32,000 nucleotides of DNA. It comes from Candidatus Nanopusillus acidilobi. GTDB lineage: Archaea; Nanobdellota; Nanobdellia; Nanobdellales; Nanobdellaceae. The stretch lies in contig CP010514.1 in assembly GCA_001552015.1 (NCBI GenBank), forward strand, positions 270,001 through 302,000, read 5' to 3'. The notes under the pieces are model-generated. The model saw only the letters and a list, made by a program, of their open reading frames with translations. It was not told where the DNA came from and did no database searches. This document shows, piece after piece, positions 1 through 9,091 of this stretch (position 1 is the stretch's first letter; each line of letters begins with the position of its first letter). The translations under genes were made by a program, and so were the position numbers.

Positions 1-8
1 TATCTTTT

Positions 9-56
9 ATGATGAGAATCTAAAATCTGAAAAATGATGAGTTGTCGGTCTACTGA
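9..56 (+). ncRNA. Box C/D guide sRNA (sR-type)
   Basis: C box ATGATGA 9-15, D' box CTGA 27-30, C' box ATGATGA 34-40, D box CTGA 53-56. Spacers are 11 nt (C-D'), 3 nt (D'-C') and 12 nt (C'-D), which matches archaeal C/D sRNA geometry. It lies in the noncoding stretch upstream of the archease gene. Confidence 0.85.
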
Positions 57-86
57 TTTATAAAATTATTTAAAAATATTTTTAAT

Positions 87-545
87 ATGACTGTTTTGAG
101 AGAATATGAATATGAAGATCATACTGCAGATATAAAGATTGTTGGTTACGGGAATACACCAAAGAGAGCAATTGAGGCATTAATATTGGGAATGTTTAAT
201 ATTATATATGATAATGAGAAAGTTGAGAAAAAAGAATCGAAACAATTTATAATTGAAGGAAAAAATATATTAGAAATTATATATAATGTTGCTAAAATAT
301 GTTTAGAGGATGTTTTTTATAAAGATAAGTTTGCTGTAAGAGATATAAGAGTAAAAAATTTAAAGAAAGTTAGAGTTGAAAGCAAGAAATATAAATGGGT
401 ATGTAGATTTGAAGTTTATGGAGAGAAATATGATAAAGAAAAGCATGGATTTAAAAAAGAAGTTAAAGCAGTCACTTTACATGATATAAATATTACAAAA
501 ATAATGAAAACCTATTGGAGTACAGAAATTGTTGTTGATGTCTAG
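87..545 (+). CDS. Archease (RtcB ligase cofactor protein)
   Basis: 152 aa, N-terminal EYEDHTADIKI..G and C-terminal GFKKEVKAVTLHDINI, typical of archease. Confidence 0.9.
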   Translation: MTVLREYEYEDHTADIKIVGYGNTPKRAIEALILGMFNIIYDNEKVEKKESKQFIIEGKNILEIIYNVAKICLEDVFYKDKFAVRDIRVKNLKKVRVESKKYKWVCRFEVYGEKYDKEKHGFKKEVKAVTLHDINITKIMKTYWSTEIVVDV

Positions 546-1420
546 CTTTCTTGTTCTTTTTTAGCTTCAAAATATTTATACAATGGTATGTTTCCAATTA
601 AATAATATAATAGATCTAATATTATTGCAATAGATAATACAAATGCAAATTCATCAACAGATGGTTCTGGTACTATAAAATATAATAAAAGTAATGTGTA
701 TAATGCGATAATCTCCATTAGCATTCCAACTCTAAATGACATTCTTACTCTTTCAATAAATGGTTTATCTTTTTCCTTTACTATATTTGTTGATAATACT
801 ACATTATTATCAATTGCAAATCCTAGAATCATTAACATTCCAATAAATCCATTTGCTCCTATAGGATATTTTGTTATAGATAATATTGCTAACAATCCAA
901 TAATATCAAATAATATTGTAGATATTATATTTAGGGTAATCCTAGAAGCTCTAAATGCTATAAATATTACAAATGCTGTAAGTACTATTGCTAAAAATAC
1001 GAAAAATAAAAATTGATTAAATATAAGATTACCTACTAAAGAACTATAATGTTGTATTGATATATCTGTAGGTAGCAAACTAATATTATAATCTTGATTT
1101 AATAAATTAATTAATAATGTTTCATTTATTTGATTTCCAGATTCAATATAAATAATATTTGGTGTATTATATAATACATAATCTGTTATATTCATTTGAT
1201 TCAATGCATTTTGTATTTCTGAATTTGTTATATGATAATTATTATTTATTAATGTTACATAACCTCCAGAAATTGTAATAGATTTATTAATTATATATCC
1301 ATATTTAAAATAATTGAATAATATTATTCCAGCAAATATTACAAATATTACTATGGAAATTAATAGAAACTTCTTATAATTATTTTCTATAAATGATAAG
1401 ATCTTCATTAATAGGCTCAT
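542..1420 (-). CDS. secF: Protein-export membrane protein SecF
   Basis: 292 aa, several TM segments, 'SITISGGYVTL' and 'IGFIGMLMILGFAIDNNVVLSTNIVKEKDKP', matching the archaeal SecF layout. Confidence 0.8.
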   Translation of the reverse strand: MSLLMKILSFIENNYKKFLLISIVIFVIFAGIILFNYFKYGYIINKSITISGGYVTLINNNYHITNSEIQNALNQMNITDYVLYNTPNIIYIESGNQINETLLINLLNQDYNISLLPTDISIQHYSSLVGNLIFNQFLFFVFLAIVLTAFVIFIAFRASRITLNIISTILFDIIGLLAILSITKYPIGANGFIGMLMILGFAIDNNVVLSTNIVKEKDKPFIERVRMSFRVGMLMEIIALYTLLLLYFIVPEPSVDEFAFVLSIAIILDLLYYLIGNIPLYKYFEAKKEQES

Positions 1421-1473
1421 TTTTTACATATTCTTAAAAAAATATATAAACTTATATTTTTCATAATAGGTAT

Positions 1474-3291
1474 ATGAGATCATTTAACTATTTAGTAGAA
1501 ATAATATTGACCGTATCTTTAATATTGGTATTCTTAACAAACTTACAATTTCCTCAAAGTCCTTCATATTATATAAATTCATTTAATAAAAAATATACAT
1601 TATATACAGCTTTAGCAAATACTTATAATAATAAATTTCTTAGTTTTTTAGAAACAAATCAATTCGATGTATTGGCTTCAATATATAATAGTATGCTATC
1701 AAATTATTTCAATAGTTATGATTTAAAACAAACGATAGATTATAGTTTAAATTTTTATAATACTTATAATTCAACATGTTATGAATTCTTATTTCCATTT
1801 CCATATCTTGGAAACAATTTATTATATTCATTAAATATAAGTGAGCAGGTTAATAACTTTTTCTTAATATATAATTCTCAAGGAAAAATATGTGGAAATA
1901 TTGCATCAAGTGATGATTGGTATGGAGTAATAATATCTAGTTATTCTAGTAATAATTTATCTATATATTTAAATTTAACAAATGTAACAAGTTTTGTTAA
2001 TTATACTATTGATCCATATTCATTTTATGCATATAATAATGATTTATATCCAATACAAATTCAATATTTAAATGTATCATATGTTAATACATCTAATGGA
2101 TATATTCCTTTAATAAATATATCATTAAATTTGCCAAATGGATATAGTCAACCAATAATAATATTATTTAGGGCTGAAAATAATAATTTTAATTATTTAA
2201 ATTTAACAAACAATTATCAATTGGTAAATAATTTACCTGCTCAATTAGTACAATATGCTGTATTTCCATTTAGTTGGGAAACATTATATATTTCTCCTCA
2301 ATGTTTAGATCAATCTAATGTTATATCATTTACAAATAATAATCAATATTTTAATTTAACAAATTCATCATATTATCCTCCTGTACTATCTGGAAATACT
2401 TCAATAACAGTTGTTGCCTGGATTTATATAAATAGTTATTATTCTTCTTCTTGTGCTGATGGAGAAAATTATATAAGTGCAATAGTTCATTTACCTGGAT
2501 TAAATGATTATGCTGGCTCTACATTTAGACAGATTATAATACCAAATAATGGCCAATATTATTTGGGAATAGACGAAAGTTATGATGTTGGATATTTACC
2601 AAATTATCTCTTACCAATGGATCAATGGGTATTTGTTTTTTGGGAATATAATAATAGTAATGGACAATTTTATGGAGGATTTATAAATCAAAGTGGAATA
2701 TACTATGGTCAATTGGTACCTTATCCTGGTTATTCATCTTTACAACCTTTAAATTTATATTATCCACCAAATGAAACATTATATTTAGGAACCCCTACAA
2801 CAATGTATTCTCCTCAATGTACATTTTTAGGAAATATATATGTAATTGCATTTTACAATCAACCATTAACAATAAATCAGTTAGAAAATATATATTATTC
2901 AGAAGATTTTAATTATTATAATCCAGTATTAATTTATTATAGCAAAAATTATAACCCAAGTACGGGAATATTATATGGAAATGGGCCAAATTATAATATG
3001 CAAGCATATAATAATCCTCAATCTATAAATTTTGTAAAACCATATTCTCAATTAATAATAGATTATTCAATCCCTCCAAACTATCAGAATAATATATTAT
3101 CTTCAAATATAAATATTAGCCAATGTTATCCTGTAAATGTTTATTATTCAAATCAATTAATACCAATAATATTGTATAATTATTGGAATTATTTTAATGT
3201 AAATCCAGTACCAAGTGGATATAAATATAGTAGCAGTATAGTTTATCCATATGGCTTAGGATATTCTAAATTCTCTGTATATGGCTCGTAG
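1474..3291 (+). CDS. Membrane-anchored surface protein with LamG/concanavalin A-like domain
   Basis: 605 aa. N-terminal hydrophobic anchor, Asn/Tyr-rich ectodomain, LamG-like core 'ITVVAWIYINS...DQWVFVFWEYNNSNGQFYGGFIN...LYLGTP...FLGNIYVIAFYNQPLTINQLENIY'. Confidence 0.65.
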   Translation: MRSFNYLVEIILTVSLILVFLTNLQFPQSPSYYINSFNKKYTLYTALANTYNNKFLSFLETNQFDVLASIYNSMLSNYFNSYDLKQTIDYSLNFYNTYNSTCYEFLFPFPYLGNNLLYSLNISEQVNNFFLIYNSQGKICGNIASSDDWYGVIISSYSSNNLSIYLNLTNVTSFVNYTIDPYSFYAYNNDLYPIQIQYLNVSYVNTSNGYIPLINISLNLPNGYSQPIIILFRAENNNFNYLNLTNNYQLVNNLPAQLVQYAVFPFSWETLYISPQCLDQSNVISFTNNNQYFNLTNSSYYPPVLSGNTSITVVAWIYINSYYSSSCADGENYISAIVHLPGLNDYAGSTFRQIIIPNNGQYYLGIDESYDVGYLPNYLLPMDQWVFVFWEYNNSNGQFYGGFINQSGIYYGQLVPYPGYSSLQPLNLYYPPNETLYLGTPTTMYSPQCTFLGNIYVIAFYNQPLTINQLENIYYSEDFNYYNPVLIYYSKNYNPSTGILYGNGPNYNMQAYNNPQSINFVKPYSQLIIDYSIPPNYQNNILSSNINISQCYPVNVYYSNQLIPIILYNYWNYFNVNPVPSGYKYSSSIVYPYGLGYSKFSVYGS

Positions 3292-5243
3292 TCAATTATA
3301 TTTATATACAATTGTTGTATTATTATTAATTTTATTTTATTTTGTTTCTAATTTAGATTTATTAGATAAAGAATTTCAGTTTTATTCAGATACTTATCCT
3401 CAATATGGAGAAATATATAAATTATTATATGGAAATGATATATTTGAAAATATATTAAATTTGTATGGATCTACATTAATTCCATTTACTGTTTATTATA
3501 ATTGTTCATATAATATTATACAAGTTCCAAATTATTTTAATTCAACACATGTAATTGTAGTAGATAATGTTTATAATGTATTACCTTCATATGCATCAAA
3601 TAATTTTGTAGTATTTAAAATAATAGATAATTATTCTATAAGTTCTTCTAGTACTGGATATTGTATATTTAATGGATATGAAGTATATAATCCATATTTT
3701 AATAATCAATTTGAAGGAACTGGTAATTTGCCATATTATGTTGTATTTTATCCACAAAGTATATTTACTATAAATGATAATTATTTAAATAATTTATATA
3801 ATTTGGAAGAAAATGTGATTTTTCAATATTTGAATAATTATAAATGTATTGCTGGAGAAATAAAGTCTTTAAGTGTTCAGAAAATATTAAATGGAATTTC
3901 TGTGAACTTTTTAAATATATCAAACGCTCAATTGAATAATAATATAATATCAGTAAATATTACTAATAATGATATATGTCCAATTGATTTAAATAAGATA
4001 TATTATGATAATTATAATATACCATCATTTGGAAATAATTTTAATACATCTTCTAATAGTTATTTAATTTATCCAGGTCAGCAAATTGTTGGATATTATC
4101 AATATAATAATGATGATTTATATTTTTGTTTAGAATCTTTAGGTAATGAGATATGTACACCAATTAATAATTTATCAATACAATATTATGTTCCAATAAC
4201 ATTATATAATTCTCAACCCATTCCAACTCCCGAACCTTTCCAACAAGATATAGCAATATGTAATGGAACAATTAATATTGGTAATAATTTTGCATATGTA
4301 AATAATATAATATTATTTAATCAAATTAATTCAAATGGACAAAATGTAATGTTCTTTAATCCAAATAACGGACAATTATTTTATTCATGGTATGAAGGTC
4401 AATTAGTTAATGGAAATACATATTGTGATGTATGGTGGGTAAATATTCCAAATGGAATACCTGCTAATGGTAATTTTGTAATTTATATGGCGATTGGAAG
4501 TTATAATACAAACTATTATTCTCAATATTATACATATGTTGGTGCACCTATACAAGTTTTAGGTACTTCTCAATATGATAATGGTAATTATGTATTTAAT
4601 TATTATCAAAACTTTGGAAATTTAAGTTCATTACCTCCAAATTGGGCATATGTGTGTGGTAATCAGTATAGTGTTTCTTTTTCTACAAATTATACAATTA
4701 TTCCGCCTACTACTTCAATGGGTTTATAATGATGGTATTACTACTATAGTAAACTTTACTATGCAAAATAATATATTACAAATCTATGTTTCTATTCCAA
4801 CTACTAGTGGTACAATGTGGGACATTATAGATTTAGGAGTAGGTGGAACAAATCCACCAACTGGAAATACGTATTTCGGCAGTGGTGGAGGGATTGTTTC
4901 TGGTGGTAATAGTTATGGTGCCGCATTTTCATATAATAATATAGGAACCGCTGGTGAGTTTAAATTATTTGTAGGAACTTCTAATGTAGGAAGTACACCA
5001 TATAGTTATGTTCCAACAATATATGAAATTGGATTTTCTAGTAGTTATACTTATTTCTTAGTAAATTATACTCAAATATTAAGTACTACAACAATACCTG
5101 GTTCATTTAGTTTACCAATAACAGTAGCGCAACAGCAATCAGGTAATAATATATACTTATATTGGGTTTTATTAAGATCATTGCCACCAAATGATGTAAT
5201 GCCTTCAATTTCTATAGGATCTGAAAGTTCCTGGCCGCCTTAA
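3281..5243 (+). CDS. Membrane-anchored surface protein with DUF2341-like domain; reading frame interrupted near 4720-4729
   Basis: ORFs 3281-4729 and 4650-5243 are in different frames but form one protein: 'VWWVNIPNGIPANGNFVIYMAIGSYN...NYVFNYYQNFG' continues into 'VYNDGITTIVNFTM...YLYWVLLRSLPPNDVMPSISIGS', which looks like the end of a DUF2341-type module. Removing one G from GGG 4720-4722 joins them. Confidence 0.7.
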
Positions 5244-5962
5244 TATTCTCTACAATCCTGGTATGGATAAGATATTATATAAAATCCTTTTGTAAAATAA
5301 TCCTTTCTTTTTGCTAATCTTATCCTAATTATTTGTTCCCTAAATATTTTATTTAAGTAATTTAAACTATAATAAATTCCTAGAACTTTATAAAAAGAAT
5401 ATATATGATATCTATTTGGAACTTCATTTTTATCTTCTGCAAAAGATCCAATAAGAATATTTAAATATTTCTTCTGTGCAAATTCTAAAAATTTTTTAGT
5501 TGTATAAAATTTTTCTATATCATTAATTAAATTCTTTATTGAAAAAAGTATAGATAAATTATTTTCTCTTATTTTTTTAATATCTACATAATTTAATCCT
5601 CCAAAAAGGAATTTTTTATCATATTTAATAGGATCAAATAATCCATTTAAAAAATATTTACTTGAAATCTTATCGTTATAATTTAAATCTCTTCCAATAA
5701 CAAATACTAAATCATTATAATATTTATCAGAATAGAATAATTCATTTGCAATTTCTAAAGCTTTTTTAGGATCTTCATTATTTATTAATGCGCAATAAAA
5801 TAAATTTAATTTTTTATAATATAAAATATTATTTAATTTAAAATATTTTAGATCATTTTTATCAAAAACTTCATAGCAAAAAACAATATTTTTTATCTTA
5901 TTTTTATAATATTCACTTGCTAGCTCTTCTTCATTATCATTTGGTAAACAGAAATCATACAT
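5240..5962 (-). CDS. Probable RNase P protein component 3 (Rpp30 family)
   Basis: 240 aa, 'MYDFCLPNDNEEE...', 'YLNILIGSFAEDKNEVPNRYHIYSFYKVLGI' resembles the Rpp30 C-terminal motif region. Weak, divergent match. Confidence 0.5.
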   Translation of the reverse strand: MYDFCLPNDNEEELASEYYKNKIKNIVFCYEVFDKNDLKYFKLNNILYYKKLNLFYCALINNEDPKKALEIANELFYSDKYYNDLVFVIGRDLNYNDKISSKYFLNGLFDPIKYDKKFLFGGLNYVDIKKIRENNLSILFSIKNLINDIEKFYTTKKFLEFAQKKYLNILIGSFAEDKNEVPNRYHIYSFYKVLGIYYSLNYLNKIFREQIIRIRLAKRKDYFTKGFYIISYPYQDCREY

Positions 5963-5971
5963 AAAAAATAT

Positions 5972-6154
5972 TTATTCTTCAACCTTATTTACGTTTTCAA
6001 GTTTCTCATATTCTTTCCAAAAATATTCTAGATCTTTACTTATCAATTGTGCAGGGCCCTGGTATCCGCAATCTAAGCATACCCAACTATTATCTTTTGC
6101 GAATAATGGTAGTATATTTGTTGAATGACATCTTGGGCATATGTATGTTGCCAT
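5972..6154 (-). CDS. Small zinc-ribbon protein
   Basis: 60 aa with CPRC...CLDCG pair of CxxC knuckles. Confidence 0.7.
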   Translation of the reverse strand: MATYICPRCHSTNILPLFAKDNSWVCLDCGYQGPAQLISKDLEYFWKEYEKLENVNKVEE

Positions 6155-6215
6155 ATTGTATTATGAAATTTTGGTATATTTAAACTATTTTTAAATAATG
6201 TTGGTAATCAATGAT

Positions 6216-6932
6216 CTAAAATAATATTGATTTATATCTACCTCTAGATTCTACAACTTTTAATCTATGAAAAATTTCATCATATTTTTCACTAAAGGAT
6301 TCTTTATATCCTTCTAATATTAAAGAAAATTTATCATAAATTCTCCAATGATTAGATTCAAATAATTCTTTAAATAAATGTAAATCTACAGCATAATCTT
6401 CTATTCTATTAGAAAAGAAACTTAATCCAAAATCAATAAAATATATTTTTCCATTATTATATATCATATTTCCAGTAGTTAAATCTCCATGTACAATTTT
6501 ATTTTTATGAATTAATCCAATATATTTTCCAATATTATATAATATTTCTTCATAATTCAATTTTTCCAAATATTTTGCTAAATTATATCCTTCAATATAT
6601 TCCATTACAATAATTCCATCTTCTTCATTTTTATATAATAATCTTGGTACATTAATATAATTATATAATTTTTCTAATATTCTTGCCTCAATTCTAGTCC
6701 TATATTTTCTAAATTCTCTGTCAATTAATTCATTTCTATATTTTTTCTTATATCTATACTTTAATACTATTTTATTTTTATCATTTTCAATTTTAAATTC
6801 TTCAGAATCAATTTCTAATTTATTTAAAAAATTTTTATCGAATTCAAATATATATTTATCATTCTCTCTTTTATTACTTTCAATTAAATATATTTTTGCT
6901 TCTGCTCCATGTCCAATTAATTTATATTCCAT
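6216..6932 (-). CDS. bud32: Kae1-associated kinase Bud32
   Basis: 238 aa, 'IGHGAEAKIY', 'YRTRIEARIL', 'IVMEYIEG', 'IHKNKIVHGDLTTGNMIY', 'YFIDFGLSFFSNRIEDYAVDLHLF', 'VESRGR'. Confidence 0.93.
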   Translation of the reverse strand: MEYKLIGHGAEAKIYLIESNKRENDKYIFEFDKNFLNKLEIDSEEFKIENDKNKIVLKYRYKKKYRNELIDREFRKYRTRIEARILEKLYNYINVPRLLYKNEEDGIIVMEYIEGYNLAKYLEKLNYEEILYNIGKYIGLIHKNKIVHGDLTTGNMIYNNGKIYFIDFGLSFFSNRIEDYAVDLHLFKELFESNHWRIYDKFSLILEGYKESFSEKYDEIFHRLKVVESRGRYKSILF

Positions 6933-6933
6933 T

Positions 6934-7681
6934 TTAAATATTTAATTTCTCTTTATATTTTTCAAATTCTTCTAAAAGTTCTTTTAATAAATCTAAATCA
7001 ATATTTTTAACTTCTTTATGTTCTATTTTTTTCATATATTCATAAACTTCTTTATAATAATTATAAACTTCTGAAGAAATTTTTCTTTTTCTCTTTAATT
7101 CCTCAAATTTATTTAATATATCTTCTGGACTATATACATTTATATTATTTTTAATTAAATAATATTGAGAAATTGTAATAACTGAATTATATAAACTTTC
7201 AAATGCTTTTATTAACATTAGATTGACATAATTTATTCCTTCTTCAGCTCTTTTTTTCATTATTTCTAAATATTCAGGTGATGTTTTTATTAATCCATTT
7301 TCTAACATTTTTTTGAGAGAACCAAAGATTCCTGCAGGATCTATTATTGGCTCGCCTTTTCTTAATATATCCAAAAACTAATGGATCCCCATTTAGTATC
7401 ATTTCCCAGAATTTTGATAATGTTAGTGTTGTTACATGAATTTTTTTATATTTTTCATCTGCCAATAATTTGTTTAAATTATCAAAATAAAAAGGAACTG
7501 TTATATTTAGGTCTTGTGCATATATATCATCTACTATTATTAATAAATCAATATCTGATTTTTCATTTTCTTTATTTTCTGCATATGATCCAAATAAGAC
7601 AATCGATTTTACTAATCCATCAACTTTTTCAATTAAATCTTTTGAAAAATTCAATATTATATCATTAGAATTATTATCCAT
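6934..7681 (-). CDS. MNT-type nucleotidyltransferase with C-terminal helical domain, frame interrupted at an A5/T5 run
   Basis: ORF 7274-7681 has 'IVLFGSYAENKENEKSDIDLLII' (GS..X7..DxD). ORF 6934-7374 carries the helical C-terminal half. Deleting one A at 7373-7377 (+ strand) gives continuous '...NGDPLVLDILRKGEPIIDPAGIFGSLKKMLENGLI...'. Confidence 0.8.
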
Positions 7682-7690
7682 AAAGAATAT

Positions 7691-9091
7691 TTATTCTTGT
7701 AATTTTTTAATATTTCTAGTATGTAATTCTCTTATATCATTAATATTTAGATATATTGTTGCAAGTCTATCAACACCAAGACCCCATGCCAATACTGGAT
7801 AATTTATATTAAATTGTTTTAGTAATTCTTCCCTAAATACACCTGCACCTCCAACTTCAATCCATCCTAATTTTGGATGCTCAGCATATACTTCAACAGA
7901 AGGTTCTGTAAATGGAAAATATGCTGGATAGAATTTTATATTTTTTGCTTTTACAACATTTACTACTAATTCTTTTAATATTCCTAATAAATCTAAAAAT
8001 GTTAAATTATCATCTAAAACAATTCCTTCAAGTTGATTGAATTCAATAAAATGCTTTGCATCAATTGTATCATATCTAAATACTTTTTCTATTAAAAAAT
8101 ATTTACCAGGTTTTTCTGCATTTAATAATGTTCTTGCAGATATAGCAGTATCATGTGATATTAACATAGCTCTTTTTGAAATATTTTCATCAAATGTTTT
8201 AAAATATTTTAATTGTGTCTTTTTAACATTTTCAAATAAATCTTTTGGAAAATCTTCTATATATTGTATATTTTTAATATAAAATGCATCCATTATTGAA
8301 ATATCTCCTGCAGGATGATCCTGTGGTATAAATAAACAATCTAAATCCCAGAAATGTGATATTATCATATTATATTTATCCATTTCTTTAAATCCCATTG
8401 ATATTAATTCTTCTCTTATTTTATCTAAAAATTCTAAATATGGATTATATCTTCCAATATTTTCTTCTTCAATATTAATTCTTATATCATATGGCCTAAA
8501 TTTTTTATTTTTATATATTTTTTTATCAATAACTTCCTTTGTATATTTTTCAATATATTCTTCAGGTTTATAATTTTTCAAAATTTCTTTTCCTTTTTCA
8601 TTTATTTTTGCATAATAAATTGTTTCTTCCTTTTCTTCAATAATTCCTTTTCTTCCTTTAAATAATTTTATTGTATTTTCATTAATATTTTCTAAATATT
8701 TTTCATATGTTTCTATTTCTTTAATATATATTACTTTTCCATTTTCGATCTTTATTGCACCATTTTTTCTTAAGAATCCTAAAGAAAAGGCTAATTCATC
8801 TTTATTAAAATATTTATTCAATTCTTCTAGATTTATTTCTTTCCTTTCCTTTAATAAATTTAATAATCTTCTTTCAGGTAATCCTTCTTTTAAATATTTT
8901 TTTCCAAGTTCAGTTAATTCATATTTTTTTATTTTTTCTTCTCTTAATTCTATTAATCCTTTTTCTTTTAAAAATCCCAAAGTTCTTAATACTTTATATT
9001 TTTCAATATTTAATTCATTTGAAATTTCATCTAAATTTTTCCAATTATCATTTAATATAGATAATACTTTATATTCAATTTCAGATATCAT
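7691..9091 (-). CDS. pheS: Phenylalanyl-tRNA synthetase alpha subunit
   Basis: 466 aa, N-terminal winged-helix domains and class II core 'DCLFIPQDHPAGDISIMDAFYI', 'FRYDTIDAKHFIEFNQLEGI', 'PAYFPFTEPSVEVY', 'AWGLGVDRLATIY'. Confidence 0.95.
   Translation of the reverse strand: MISEIEYKVLSILNDNWKNLDEISNELNIEKYKVLRTLGFLKEKGLIELREEKIKKYELTELGKKYLKEGLPERRLLNLLKERKEINLEELNKYFNKDELAFSLGFLRKNGAIKIENGKVIYIKEIETYEKYLENINENTIKLFKGRKGIIEEKEETIYYAKINEKGKEILKNYKPEEYIEKYTKEVIDKKIYKNKKFRPYDIRINIEEENIGRYNPYLEFLDKIREELISMGFKEMDKYNMIISHFWDLDCLFIPQDHPAGDISIMDAFYIKNIQYIEDFPKDLFENVKKTQLKYFKTFDENISKRAMLISHDTAISARTLLNAEKPGKYFLIEKVFRYDTIDAKHFIEFNQLEGIVLDDNLTFLDLLGILKELVVNVVKAKNIKFYPAYFPFTEPSVEVYAEHPKLGWIEVGGAGVFREELLKQFNINYPVLAWGLGVDRLATIYLNINDIRELHTRNIKKLQE

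Noticed and set aside
696-1016. ORF antisense to secF (106 aa)
   Set aside because: Fully inside a conserved gene on the other strand, with low-complexity composition.
4720-4730. Programmed ribosomal +1 frameshift in the surface protein
   Set aside because: No recognised slippery sequence or stimulator (ATG GGT TTA TAA). Sequence error or slippage is simpler.
7381-7668. Plus-strand ORF (95 aa) opposite the nucleotidyltransferase
   Set aside because: Antisense shadow of a conserved coding region.
6934-7681. HEPN-MNT toxin-antitoxin pair
   Set aside because: The two halves sit in one operon with PheST and Bud32 and join cleanly into a single protein when one base is removed, which resembles a fused housekeeping NTase better than a TA module.
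8037-8282. Plus-strand ORF inside pheS
   Set aside because: Antisense shadow ORF in AT-rich sequence.
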